A DNA stretch of 63,395 nt, filler included. It is 6 parts of 6 records of this genome, joined end to end, with 100 filler letters (N's around TTAATTAATTAA, not from the genome) between each part and the next. Parts side by side here need not be neighbours in the genome. Positions count along the whole stretch, not along the records: positions 10,961 to 34,773 come from SRR31147125_5185; 5 more parts are not named here. One strand, written 5' to 3'. The notes under the pieces are model-generated. The model had not been told where the DNA came from. It saw only the letters and a program-made list of their open reading frames with translations, and ran no database searches. Below, in pieces: positions 10,861 through 20,989 of the stretch. The translations under genes and the position numbers were made by a program. How positions within the stretch are numbered: the stretch's first letter is position 1; every line of letters begins with the position of its first letter.

Positions 10861-10960
10861 NNNNNNNNNNNNNNNNNNNNNNNNNNNNNNNNNNNNNNNN
10901 NNNNTTAATTAATTAANNNNNNNNNNNNNNNNNNNNNNNNNNNNNNNNNNNNNNNNNNNN
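10861..10960. other. Artificial contig spacer
   Basis: N44-TTAATTAATTAA-N44, with stops in all six frames. Confidence 0.98.
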
Positions 10961-11514
10961 TTTTTCTTCCGGACTGATAAGAATAGTATGATCAAATTCT
11001 TTAATAACATCCCTTTCATAGCTTGCCAATCGTCTACTCTCAAGTTTGTAAATCCAGGACATGGGAGGTCTTTGCGTTACAGCGTACTGATTATATTTTT
11101 GCGAGTCCAGGTCACAAAAGTCTATTATTTTTTGAGAGACATTTATATCCCTTACATATTCTGCCATACTTGATGAAAAGACATAAATTGCGTCAAACGA
11201 ATTTTCGTGAACCAGTAATTTGATCTGGTCATAAAGTGAACGAGACCAAAAATGAGCTACAGTTAGCGGTTTTGAAGTAAAAAGGCTTTTAGCTATACCA
11301 AAACGTTGTGAAAAAGGATTCAACTGCTTGTATATAACATTTGGTACAAAACGATTAAGTATCTGAATATCTCTCAGATCAGCCTTATTTTCAATTAAAC
11401 AGGCAAGAGTGATTTCATGTCGTTTTGCCAAATACCTTAACACCTGATAAGATCGAATTTTGTCCCCCTTATTTGGCGGATAAGGAACACGATGTGATAA
11501 AAAAGGATTTTCAA
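10961..11514 (-). CDS. TIGR03087-like PEP-CTERM/XrtA-system glycosyltransferase (3' truncated)
   Basis: With one extra T at 11499-11504 it reads MKILFLSHRVPYPPNKGDKIRS; also DFCDLDSQK motif. Confidence 0.85.
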
Positions 11515-11523
11515 TTTTTACCT

Positions 11524-12555
11524 TTACGGAAAATACTTGATAAGTTTCGGCCCCAACACCTTGGTTAATGGCAAAGGCATATGACGCCATAAACTGATTG
11601 CTTGCCTGAATTTGGGATTTGTCGGATTATTATTGGGTAAGGAGGTACCATTTGTCAGATAATACTGATATGGTAAAGAGATAGGTTCAAAACCCATATG
11701 ACGTTTAAAATTAAAAGTACCTGTTTCTTGTTTACTACGCCCAAAATCAAAATATGTATAACCCTTTTCACCTGCTCGGGACATTAATTTCCAGTACATA
11801 AAATTGTTAGGTGAAAGATTCCTTGCCTCCGGTAAAGAGCCACCATAGTAAGGCAGAACAGTATCCCGGTAGTAAAAAGACATGACACCTGCCACAGGTT
11901 TTTCATTGTGGTAGACAATAAGTAAATCAAGTTTATCTTTAAATTCGTTAATACAATTATTGAAAAGTCTCTTTGGAAATACTGGAGTTCCAAGGTGCCT
12001 CAAGGATGTAGCAAATACATTATAAAATTCATTAATTTTTTGGCGATTAAATTCCCCTACAAGTCCTTTTTTAATACCAACACGAACCATACGTCGAGAC
12101 TCTTTTGGTAAATTTTTCAGATTTTCTTCGGCCGTAGCTGCCAAAGGTTTTTGAAAGGTACTATAAATTGTATCTCGGATTTGCAAGTGAGGCATATCAC
12201 TAACATAGCGATGGCGTAACTCAACGTAACTCGCTTTTGTGCTATTTGCATACTCTTTGCAGGCATTAAAAAGCGCCTTTTCAACCTCGATGCTATCAGC
12301 CAGAATCCCACCATAAACAGCAAACGGAGTGGAAAGTAAAGCATTCCCAACAAACAGACTACGCAGGTGATACAAGGGCAAGACACCTCGAATTCTGTTG
12401 TTTTCCTCTGCTAACAAATAGACACTTTTGTATTGAAAGGTTGTATCAATAATCTTTTTCCAAACGATTTTATGAAAAACAGTACCACTCTCCATTGAAT
12501 CAACGAATTCATCCCATCTATTTTCATCTTGACGTTGTAAAGATCTGACTATCAT
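11524..12555 (-). CDS. FemAB-like GNAT protein, XrtA/PEP-CTERM system associated
   Basis: GVLPL, STPFAVYGG, LGTPVFP, PYYGG, NNFMYW, FDFGRSK..TG...FK, NPTNPKF. Confidence 0.9.
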   Translation of the reverse strand: MIVRSLQRQDENRWDEFVDSMESGTVFHKIVWKKIIDTTFQYKSVYLLAEENNRIRGVLPLYHLRSLFVGNALLSTPFAVYGGILADSIEVEKALFNACKEYANSTKASYVELRHRYVSDMPHLQIRDTIYSTFQKPLAATAEENLKNLPKESRRMVRVGIKKGLVGEFNRQKINEFYNVFATSLRHLGTPVFPKRLFNNCINEFKDKLDLLIVYHNEKPVAGVMSFYYRDTVLPYYGGSLPEARNLSPNNFMYWKLMSRAGEKGYTYFDFGRSKQETGTFNFKRHMGFEPISLPYQYYLTNGTSLPNNNPTNPKFRQAISLWRHMPLPLTKVLGPKLIKYFP

Positions 12556-12648
12556 ATATTTACTAATCCTATTACAATTATATTGAAAAATAGAATAACC
12601 TTATCTCATTAATGTCTTTTCACTGCATTTCTGAGTTTAATAAGTGTT

Positions 12649-12676
12649 AAAAATGGCCACAAACACCGTGGCCATT
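12649..12676 (-). terminator. Candidate intra-operon terminator
   Basis: AATGGCCAC-N7-GTGGCCATT followed by T residues on the minus strand, between two co-oriented EPS genes. Confidence 0.5.
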
Positions 12677-12729
12677 CAAAAAAAAGATCTAAAAATTAAT
12701 CCATATTAAAAATCAACCGATCTTATTCT

Positions 12730-13590
12730 CTACCATCGTGGCCAGGTCTTTTTAATATTTGTAGAATCTACCACATGACTCAAAGAAGAAAATGGAAATT
12801 TGCCCAGGATAGATCTCAATTTTTTCTCAGTATATTCTAAATTATTGTAATGAAAAAATCGGTTAATCTTTCCAGCTGCTACGCGAGGTTGAAATGGATC
12901 CAACTCCCAGGGATGAAAATAAATAACAGCAGCCTGTCCATTTTGGTTCATACTTTTAATACCCTTGTCAATCACCCAAAGCGGAAGCATCCTCAGATAT
13001 CCACCTCCGGCAATGGGAAAATTTTTACCAGCGACTGTTATGGTCGCTAATGGGCACTCGATCACATTTCCATGGCTTTTTACAGGAATTTTAAAAAATT
13101 CCGCTGGAGACATAATACCACCATAAATATCATGTTTCACCGGGAAAAAACTGGAATCAATTTGAACTCCATTGGCTTCAAGAATTTCGAACACCCATAA
13201 GGTTTGTAAATTAATGGAAAATGAGGGTGCACGGTAACTGACGACTACGTCCGGACCAACAATGTCTCGTAAGATCTGTAAGGAATTCCTCAAATCCTCT
13301 GAAAATTCATCTGGCGTCTGATTGTATATGAGTTTGTGGGACGAGCCATGACTTCCTATCTCATGTCCATTCTTATGAATAGTCCATACGAGTTCAGGAA
13401 AATTTTCTGCCACCCATGCAAGAATAAAAAAAGTTGCTTTAACATCAAAATCTTTAAGAATTTTAAGAATTCGGCAGACATTCTTTACAACCCGGCTTTC
13501 CAGTTTTGGCCAATCTTTTGAGTCAATTATCTGGCTAAAACGTGATACATGGAACCAATCTTCAACATCTATGGTTATAGCATTTAGCAT
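12730..13590 (-). CDS. XrtA-system polysaccharide deacetylase (DUF3473-containing)
   Basis: TIDVEDWFH, ATFF, HEIGSHG, YRAPSFS, GGGYLR, YFHPWELDP. Confidence 0.92.
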   Translation of the reverse strand: MLNAITIDVEDWFHVSRFSQIIDSKDWPKLESRVVKNVCRILKILKDFDVKATFFILAWVAENFPELVWTIHKNGHEIGSHGSSHKLIYNQTPDEFSEDLRNSLQILRDIVGPDVVVSYRAPSFSINLQTLWVFEILEANGVQIDSSFFPVKHDIYGGIMSPAEFFKIPVKSHGNVIECPLATITVAGKNFPIAGGGYLRMLPLWVIDKGIKSMNQNGQAAVIYFHPWELDPFQPRVAAGKINRFFHYNNLEYTEKKLRSILGKFPFSSLSHVVDSTNIKKTWPRW

Positions 13591-13602
13591 CAGCAATCCT
13601 TA

Positions 13603-14331
13603 TTATAGATCTTGTACTACCGTTTTATCTTTTGATTTGTTCTTATGATTTTCGTTACCGTATTTATAGTTATAATATCGATAATCATAATAATAAGGCA
13701 ATACACCCTTTTCGTTGTTAATTACAACAGCCAGGATTTTTTCCTGCCAATCCTCAAGTAGCTCAAATGCCCTTTTGGCCACTCTTTTCTGGGTGACACC
13801 AGATTTAACCACGAATAATATCCCATCCGCTTCATTACTTAGAAACAAAAGATCACTTACTGGAATAATCGGTGGTGTATCGATTATAATGATGTTAAAT
13901 TCCTGGCGAACTTTTTGAAACAGTGTGTTTAAATAAACAGTTGGAAATAATTCCGATGGTGACTTGTGAGAGCGACCTGCTGTTATAATTTTCAAATTTT
14001 CAGTGCCCGAATCTTGAAGCAACTCGTCATATTTCACATCTCCGGCGAGATAATTAGCCACACCCACTTCCCGGGAAAGCCCGAATCGAGTATGGACAGT
14101 TGGCCGCCGGATATCGCAGTCAATCAAAAGCGCTTTATTATCTTTTATACCCGCACTGGTAACTGCAAGATAAGCAGCTATTGTGCTTTTACCCTCTCCG
14201 GTAATGGCACTTGTTATAAGAAAAGTCTTTGTATCAAAATATTCGTTTTGCAACTGCATTTTGTGATATAATCGTTTAAACTCAGTTGCTTCGGGTGTCT
14301 CTTCATATTGCTGTCTCAGATGGCTTGACAC
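13603..14331 (-). CDS. CpsD/CapB-family BY tyrosine kinase
   Basis: Walker A GEGKST, LIDCDIRRP, IIDTPP and a C-terminal Tyr cluster YYYDYRYYNYKY. Confidence 0.92.
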   Translation of the reverse strand: MSSHLRQQYEETPEATEFKRLYHKMQLQNEYFDTKTFLITSAITGEGKSTIAAYLAVTSAGIKDNKALLIDCDIRRPTVHTRFGLSREVGVANYLAGDVKYDELLQDSGTENLKIITAGRSHKSPSELFPTVYLNTLFQKVRQEFNIIIIDTPPIIPVSDLLFLSNEADGILFVVKSGVTQKRVAKRAFELLEDWQEKILAVVINNEKGVLPYYYDYRYYNYKYGNENHKNKSKDKTVVQDL

Positions 14332-14390
14332 TTTTTCTCTCCATTATATTCATTTGCTCATGAAAAACGTTCTGTGTTGAGTAAACGTTT

Positions 14391-16073
14391 TTAAAAATAA
14401 TCAAATATATCTTTGCGCTTTTCCTGTTCCTGTTGCGCTTCTTTTTGTTTTATACTTTCCAATGCCTTTGTGGCTTCACTATCGATATTTTTGATCTTGA
14501 GTTTTTTATCCTCCCGACTGGAATTTTTTTCGTTAAAATGCACTTTAAACAGAGCCAATTCACGCGTTTTCGGAATGACCCCCCAAACAGGCATTTGTAA
14601 AAAATCCTCCACATCCGTAACAGTTTGAATGGTTTGGTTGACCAACTCCAGCCCAAGCACAATGCTTCCTCCAAAAGCCAGGCCAAATAAAAATGCGATC
14701 ATAACAAAATTGCGTTTACTTCCACTCACCGGAGATATTGGAATTTGAGCTGCTTCAATAACATTGTACTTTATGTCCACATCACTTTCTTGTAATGCCT
14801 CTCTAAGTTGTGATCCTCGAAATTGCTCCAACATCATCCTGTAAATTCGTTGGTTCTCTTCTAAATCATTTTCAAGTCTTTCGATCGCCAATTGTTCTGA
14901 GGGCTCTGACGCTGCCAATTTCACGAACTGGTTTAACATACTATTAATAGTTCCAAGTCTTGCCTTTAAAATATAAAGATCGATATAACCTAATTCATAT
15001 TCTATTACAGATAGTCTGTCTTGATCATTTAATTGTGGGTAGGCTGCTGGTACCAATTCCATTAAAATGCTATTACTCTCATATCTGAGTAAATTCATCT
15101 CATTGTTAATAGATTCTTCATTTCCTCCCTGTAACAAGAGTTTACGACTATTCCTTTTAACCTCCATCACTTTATTGTCAATTTTGTTTATAATACTCCT
15201 TAACTTTGGATGTTTATTCCAAATACTTTGCTCCGATTGAAAAGGGAGACTATTTTTTAATTCTTGTTGACGATTATTACGATTAGTAATGGCAATTTCT
15301 ATAGAACTTTTTAATTCTCGTAAATTTCTTATATTTTCCGCGCTATATCCAACACTACTAGCTCTCTCAGAAGCCAATTTCTCCTGATAATTTTTAAGTT
15401 TTGCTTCCGATTCTTCAACATTTCTTTTATAAATATACAATTGCTTGTCACTAAATTCTCTTACTCCAACTATGCCGCGTAATTCATCATTTCTTGCCTC
15501 ATCAATAAAGATATCTGTTAATGTTTTAACAATAAGATAGGACATGTGTGGAGATTTATTTTTTGCAGACAATTGAAAAAACTGGCCACTCGGATGTACA
15601 ATCAAATCTATGGAGTTTCTTAAATAACTCACTTTGACTCTCTCAAGAATCTCTTCGTAAGAAAGATATGGCGTTTTTCTATGCAGGGACATCGCCGTTT
15701 TGATTATTTTATCATCTTTATCAAGGTCTATTTGATTAATAAGTCTAATCAAATATGCTGAACTTTTTATTTTACGGGTCAGATCTCTATGGCCCCGGCT
15801 TGATAATCCACCCGGGGTTAATGCTTGAAGGGAACTGCTTAACAATCGATTAGAAGAAATCTCGATTGAAGCTGATGCCTCATAAATGGGGCGTATAAAA
15901 ATCAGAGCATAGATAATACTTAAAAGAGTGATAACGAAACATGGCAAAATTATCCACATTTTTTTTCGCCACAAAATATGCCAATATTGTCGCAAGTCGA
16001 CTTGTTTTTTTGAGTTTAAAATGGATAGAATTTGTGATGGTGTCGGCTTGCCATTGTTTTCTTGAATATTCAT
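14391..16073 (-). CDS. Polysaccharide co-polymerase / chain-length regulator (Wzz/GumC, Wzc N-terminal half)
   Basis: DLRQYWHILWRKKMWI + TM1, P.YEASA, long coiled coil, Pro-rich motif + TM2, PVWGVIP. Confidence 0.88.
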   Translation of the reverse strand: MNIQENNGKPTPSQILSILNSKKQVDLRQYWHILWRKKMWIILPCFVITLLSIIYALIFIRPIYEASASIEISSNRLLSSSLQALTPGGLSSRGHRDLTRKIKSSAYLIRLINQIDLDKDDKIIKTAMSLHRKTPYLSYEEILERVKVSYLRNSIDLIVHPSGQFFQLSAKNKSPHMSYLIVKTLTDIFIDEARNDELRGIVGVREFSDKQLYIYKRNVEESEAKLKNYQEKLASERASSVGYSAENIRNLRELKSSIEIAITNRNNRQQELKNSLPFQSEQSIWNKHPKLRSIINKIDNKVMEVKRNSRKLLLQGGNEESINNEMNLLRYESNSILMELVPAAYPQLNDQDRLSVIEYELGYIDLYILKARLGTINSMLNQFVKLAASEPSEQLAIERLENDLEENQRIYRMMLEQFRGSQLREALQESDVDIKYNVIEAAQIPISPVSGSKRNFVMIAFLFGLAFGGSIVLGLELVNQTIQTVTDVEDFLQMPVWGVIPKTRELALFKVHFNEKNSSREDKKLKIKNIDSEATKALESIKQKEAQQEQEKRKDIFDYF

Positions 16074-16083
16074 ATTATTCTCT

Positions 16084-17084
16084 TTATCTAAAAGCTTCAC
16101 GATAGAGGAAAAAACTAGCAACTGTACTAATTAGGATACTTGTCATATCTCTTAAAAACGGAGAAAATCTTCGTCCTCCTGGAACAAAAATGGCGTCACC
16201 CGAATGTACTTTGAGTGGTATTGGAAACGAACGATCCAAATAATTGTTGAGATTTACAACTGCCATTTCTGATTGTCTGCGACCTCTAAAAAAAGTTTGA
16301 CCTTTTTTAAATTGGCATTCTCTGTTGTACCACCCGCAAGAACAATCGCGTCCAATAGATCCATATCTTTTTCAATGTTATACATTCCAGGGGACGTTAC
16401 TTCTCCAAAAACATAGACAGCATCGCGACGTTCTAATGGTGAGGGCTGCCAGGCATTGGGTCTCGTTGTGCCAGTCGTGCTGGTGTTAGGAGTACCACCG
16501 AGAATTTGTACTGTGTCATTAGGATATATTGGTGGAAGGATACTTAAATCTCCCAATTCGAATGCCTCTGTAACATCAGCATGAATAATCTTGCCAGCAT
16601 CTTTTGTTTCACCTCTAACAATCGTTACATTATGTAACTGTGATGTTGGCAATGGTCCTCCTGCCTCTAAAATAATTTGCCATAGATTTGGTATAACCTC
16701 AAAGCTTAATTTACCTGGTGAACGGACTCCTCCCAAAACATACACACTTTTACTGCCATATTGTGTGACGACAACAGCAACCTGAGTGATACTTACATCA
16801 AGAATAGAGATACGACCTTCGATACTTTTTCTTAATTTTGTTGGTGTTAATCCTGAAGCCTGAATACTTCCCAACAACGGTAACTCAATCCTGCCGGATG
16901 CAGAAACTCTGCTTTCCGTGTTATACTCCGGTTTTTGCCAAAATTTGATATCCAGTAAATCACCTGGCCCTATTAGATATTGCTGTTCTGTTTCCTGAGC
17001 CATTATAGGTGATAATTGAATGAAACAAACATATAAAAGGAAAATAAATAATGACTGAAGTACGATTCTATTTGTTTTATTCAT
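16084..17084 (-). CDS. Polysaccharide export protein (Wza/Poly_export + SLBB), one apparent frameshift
   Basis: YLIGPGDLL, G.I.LPLLG, VYVLGGVRSPG, VYVFGEVTSPG. One extra T at 16288-16294 joins ORF 16084..16266 (GDAIFVP + C-terminal helix). Confidence 0.88.
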
Positions 17085-17182
17085 AATAGTATTCCAATTG
17101 GGACTTGTCTTTTAGTGTGAGATAATGTTAAAATTCATCGCTCCTATCTTCTGAAACCGATTATCAATTTTTGGATGAATAA

Positions 17183-18814
17183 TCAAGGTAGTAGCCTTCC
17201 CTGAACTTCATTACTACCAGCAGAAAGACCAAAGATATCATACACATAAACTTTATAAAAATAATTTAAATTGGCAACAACACTCGTATCGCGAAATTCT
17301 GTAATATTTGCGTCTTTAATAATGCGAATTGGAGCAAAACTTGTATCTACGGGTGATGTTGAAGAGCGGAAAACACGATAATTGGCAAAATCAGTAGCCG
17401 AACTTGGTGACCATGTAATAACCAGGGATAATGAATCTTGAACCGGTTGAGATAATACCACCGGTTTGGGAGGTTCGTTATCGGAAGTCGTGGCATCAAC
17501 AATATTACTACCAGTGCTATTACCATATGTATCAAAAACATAAACCCTGTAATAATAGTCTGTTGCCGGACTTAGTGTTGTATCTAAATATGTCGTTGTA
17601 TTTTGCGTAGAAATTTCCGCCACAAAATCAGAGGATAATGATACCACATAATTATTTGATCGCATGATCTGATATACAGAAAAATCGTCATTTGAATTTG
17701 ATGTCCATCTCAATAAGAGAGAGGATGAATTACCTTGAATAATTGTTGGCTCAAATAATACTGGTGCTTCGGGGAGCGGATTTATTGTCAAACGATTTTC
17801 AGCGGTCACCATTTCAGCGGTATTTCCAGCCAAATCAGTAAAATATCCATACAAAAACGCATCTTCTACTTCAATTCCATGTCCAATGAAATAGTCAATT
17901 TCATAAATTCCATCATCAGCAACCGCATCTCCATGAGTTCCATCATCATAGAGTAGAATATTTTTAACGTTTCTAGCCGGGCTTGTGAAAGCTGGATCGT
18001 TGATTTCTGCTGTTGCATACCCATTAATCTCCTCCGCTTTTAATCGAATATGAAGGACATCACCCGACTCGAGTACTTTTCCCTGACTATCTTCTTCTAA
18101 ATATGCTATAACTGCCCTCGTATCCAGGGTAATTTCTGCTGTCACAGCTTTTTCCGTTTCCTGATCATCTGAATTACGAAATTTTGCAAAGACCTTTTTT
18201 AATCCATCGCCAAATGTTAATTCCCATGACCGCGTTGTCGCAAGTGGTTCCCAATTGGAATCGCTAAATGTTGAATCGTTTGAAAACATCATCAAAGATG
18301 TTGACGTTGGTGCAGTAATGTTTATTAATACATTTCTACTATTTGTAATTTTAGCTCCGCCAGCTAATATTATGCTATAAATAGAGGGAGTTACAGAGAC
18401 AACTTTTGAGTGTTCCCCTTCATATCCTGCAACGCTCACAGCTGCAACCTGATAATAATATTGAATTCCGTTGGTTAAGAACTCATCCCGAAAACTGGTC
18501 GACTTTGTAGAACCAATTTGTTGAAAAGCATCTTCATCCCCTCTGCGATATATTCTAAATTCTTCAACTTGAACACTATCCACCAATTCCCAGCTTAAAA
18601 ATACCACTCCATTACCAATTTTCACAGTAACAATGGATGGTGCGGCAGGTAATACCAAATTTTCACTACTTACAGGATTTGTTTCATACGTCTCACAAAA
18701 GATCATCAAAAGGATGCTGATAAGCGACAACCCTAAATACCTGTAAATATATCGGTTGTTCACTTTTTTTTGTTCATTTGGTAAATATCCGGGATGACAG
18801 GATTTTAATTTCAT
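17183..18814 (-). CDS. Fibronectin type III repeat surface (lipo)protein with choice-of-anchor X-like motif
   Basis: Hydrophobic N-region ending in Cys; three Fn3 units (YYYQVAAV, YYYRVYV, YFYKVYV); LYDDGTHGDAVADDGIY motif. Confidence 0.75.
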   Translation of the reverse strand: MKLKSCHPGYLPNEQKKVNNRYIYRYLGLSLISILLMIFCETYETNPVSSENLVLPAAPSIVTVKIGNGVVFLSWELVDSVQVEEFRIYRRGDEDAFQQIGSTKSTSFRDEFLTNGIQYYYQVAAVSVAGYEGEHSKVVSVTPSIYSIILAGGAKITNSRNVLINITAPTSTSLMMFSNDSTFSDSNWEPLATTRSWELTFGDGLKKVFAKFRNSDDQETEKAVTAEITLDTRAVIAYLEEDSQGKVLESGDVLHIRLKAEEINGYATAEINDPAFTSPARNVKNILLYDDGTHGDAVADDGIYEIDYFIGHGIEVEDAFLYGYFTDLAGNTAEMVTAENRLTINPLPEAPVLFEPTIIQGNSSSLLLRWTSNSNDDFSVYQIMRSNNYVVSLSSDFVAEISTQNTTTYLDTTLSPATDYYYRVYVFDTYGNSTGSNIVDATTSDNEPPKPVVLSQPVQDSLSLVITWSPSSATDFANYRVFRSSTSPVDTSFAPIRIIKDANITEFRDTSVVANLNYFYKVYVYDIFGLSAGSNEVQGRLLP

Positions 18815-18831
18815 ATCTCCTCAAATACCTT

Positions 18832-19598
18832 TTAATTAATTGAAAAATCCATAGATAGAGCAACACCATCTTGAATCGGAGCTACGTTCATAGATATTCC
18901 TTGGTATACTTGAATTTTATTTGCATGATTTGGAAAAAACAATACACTCTCCAGAACGTTAAGCAACCATACACCACCAACTATATATAAATTCGTATTT
19001 CGTGTATTTTCTCTATCTTTAAGCGTTTGTGATGAGGCCTGTAGTTGATTAAATGCGTCTTGTTGTTCCTCAAAAGAGCTGCCTTGATGGTTAAACCTTG
19101 TCAATGCTATTTCATATTCATTCTGAGCATCCTGATATCTGTTTTCGCTATGAGCAAGAGCAAAAATAGCACCTGCAGTTGCGCCCATAAGAACTGTACC
19201 CATAAACTTTCGGCCCGCGTAATATTGGCCCCACCCGGGAAAAATGAGAGAACGATAAAACGCTTTGAATGGAGTTTTGGGCTTTAAATAATAGCTAATT
19301 ACATTGTTTGTATCACCGCCAAATGTCATTTCCGTATTTAAAGTTTCGTACCCCAGCTTTTTTACTTTTAATTTGTATTCACCATAAACAGCATAAGGCA
19401 ACACAAATGGGGTTCGACCAATAAATTGATATTCGCCGCTAAGGTGTATAACAGCACTTATCGGATTCGTCTTTATGGTTATAACTTTTTCAGAGGTATT
19501 TTTATTTTGGGCGTAAATTCCCACTGTTCCGCAGAAATAAATAATAAGCAAAACAGGAAATATTGTTCTAATGCGAATAACTTTTTTTGCACGACCAT
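18832..19598 (-). CDS. PEGA-domain membrane/secreted protein with DUF5683-like segment
   Basis: RBS AGAGAGGA before ATG 19598; needs one extra A at 19582-19588. ITIKTNP...GRTP...KLGY (PEGA); AFYRSLIFPGWGQYY. Confidence 0.7.
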
Positions 19599-20535
19599 TA
19601 TCCTCTCTGGCAGTAAGGTTAAGATTAAAAAAATCGACATTATTTAAGGTCGCATTTGTAATAATCTTCACAGCAGTTAAAACAAGAATGAGTATTTGCA
19701 TGCGTAAACTTTGTTTGGATATATAGATCATATCAAATTGAATCTTCCGTCTGATATCATCCATACAACTGTCATATCCTAAAAATATCTGAGCCGGACC
19801 TGTAATCCCAGGTCTTATCTCCAACCTTTTTTGATACTCTGGAATCTCCTTTAAAAGATCATTAATAATTTCCGGACGTTCAGGCCGCGGTCCCACCAGA
19901 CTCATGTCACCTTTTAAGACATTCCAGAATTGTGGTATCTCGTCAATATGAAATTTTCGTAACCAACGGCCTATATAGGTTATTCTTGGATCGTCCTGAC
20001 AGGCCCAGACAGGTCCACTTTTACGTTCAGCCTTATCATACATTGTTCGAAATTTATAGATATAAAAAGGCTGACCATGCAGGTCATCAATTCTGCGATC
20101 TATTTGACGTCGTTCCAATCCCATACCAAGTCCGGCAACCCGACGTTCTTTCTTGCGACGCTCCACTCCAGTCCTTAATTGTTTATATAATATCGGACCC
20201 GGGGAATCAAGCTTTATTAAAATCGGTACAACCAACAACATAGGTGACGCTAATAACAACCCGACAAAAGAGACAATAATATCGATCAGCCTGGTGCTCA
20301 GTCTGTTTAGAAATCCAAAAAGACGCTCTCTCGACAAAAGCTTGAGCACTATTTGTGGAACAACTAAAATTATTGCCGTAAAAAATAAAAACAACAATGA
20401 GTCAATTACATGCTTTTTAATAAATCGCTTTACAGTTAAACGTATAGACTGCGATTTTTTTATTTCTATTACTTTTTCCCCTTGTAAAGTTATATCATCA
20501 ACTGTAAATATAGTTTGAGATAATAAGTATTTCAT
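19568..20535 (-). CDS. Priming sugar transferase (Bac_transf; WcaJ/WbaP-like C-terminal domain)
   Basis: IKLDSPGP..YKQ.R, IYKFRTM, DDPRIT, IDEIPQFWNVLKGDMSLVGPRPE, PGITG.AQ. It ends at TAG 19568-19570 if the A7 run is really A8. Confidence 0.88.
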
Positions 20536-20838
20536 TTACTCGCCCTTCCCTTTATTATATAAAAAAATGACCTGTTTATACAGCTTCGCCCTCTCAGTTA
20601 CATGAGTACTAATTTATATAATAAACATGAATAAATTCTTTGATTAACACCACTGAAGCTATCTGTCACAAAGGTTCATTATTCTACTAATTCCAGATCT
20701 ATCTTATTTCATAAATTGGCACATACAACGATATCTTTAATTTTACCCCTCATATCCAAGGAACGAGTATAATTTTCTGAAATTTTACCTGCCAGAGTTA
20801 TTTTTATCTTGGAATATTTGGGAAATCTTTTAAATTCG

Positions 20839-20930
20839 AAAAAACAAAAAGGCCTTGAAGAAAAGACGTACGAATGTCTTTACTGGCTTCACGCTGCCAG
20901 CTCCTTCTTGGCAGAGAACCTGCTGGCAGC
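20839..20930 (-). promoter_or_regulatory. JUMPStart/ops-like element with overlapping hairpins and a candidate terminator in the EPS operon leader
   Basis: Minus strand reads GCTGCCAGC-N20-GCTGGCAGC GTGAAGCCAGTAAAGAC-N8-GTCTTTTCTTCAAGGC CTTTTTGTTTTTT. Confidence 0.5.
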
Positions 20931-20989
20931 ACCTTTTTTTAGTCAAAATAATAACTTTTATTCTTAAAACTTTTAGCTGCAAACGTGGG

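Noticed and set aside
10905..10916. TTAATTAATTAA palindrome repeated five times as a biological repeat
   Set aside because: It is always centred in N-runs and is an artificial six-frame-stop linker.
18832..20535. Apparent 567-aa fusion of a sugar transferase to a PEGA protein
   Set aside because: One extra A in the A7 run at 19582-19588 stops the transferase (…AKKSYSH*) and opens a separate gene with its own RBS, ATG (19598) and signal-like N-terminus. This matches the homopolymer error pattern.
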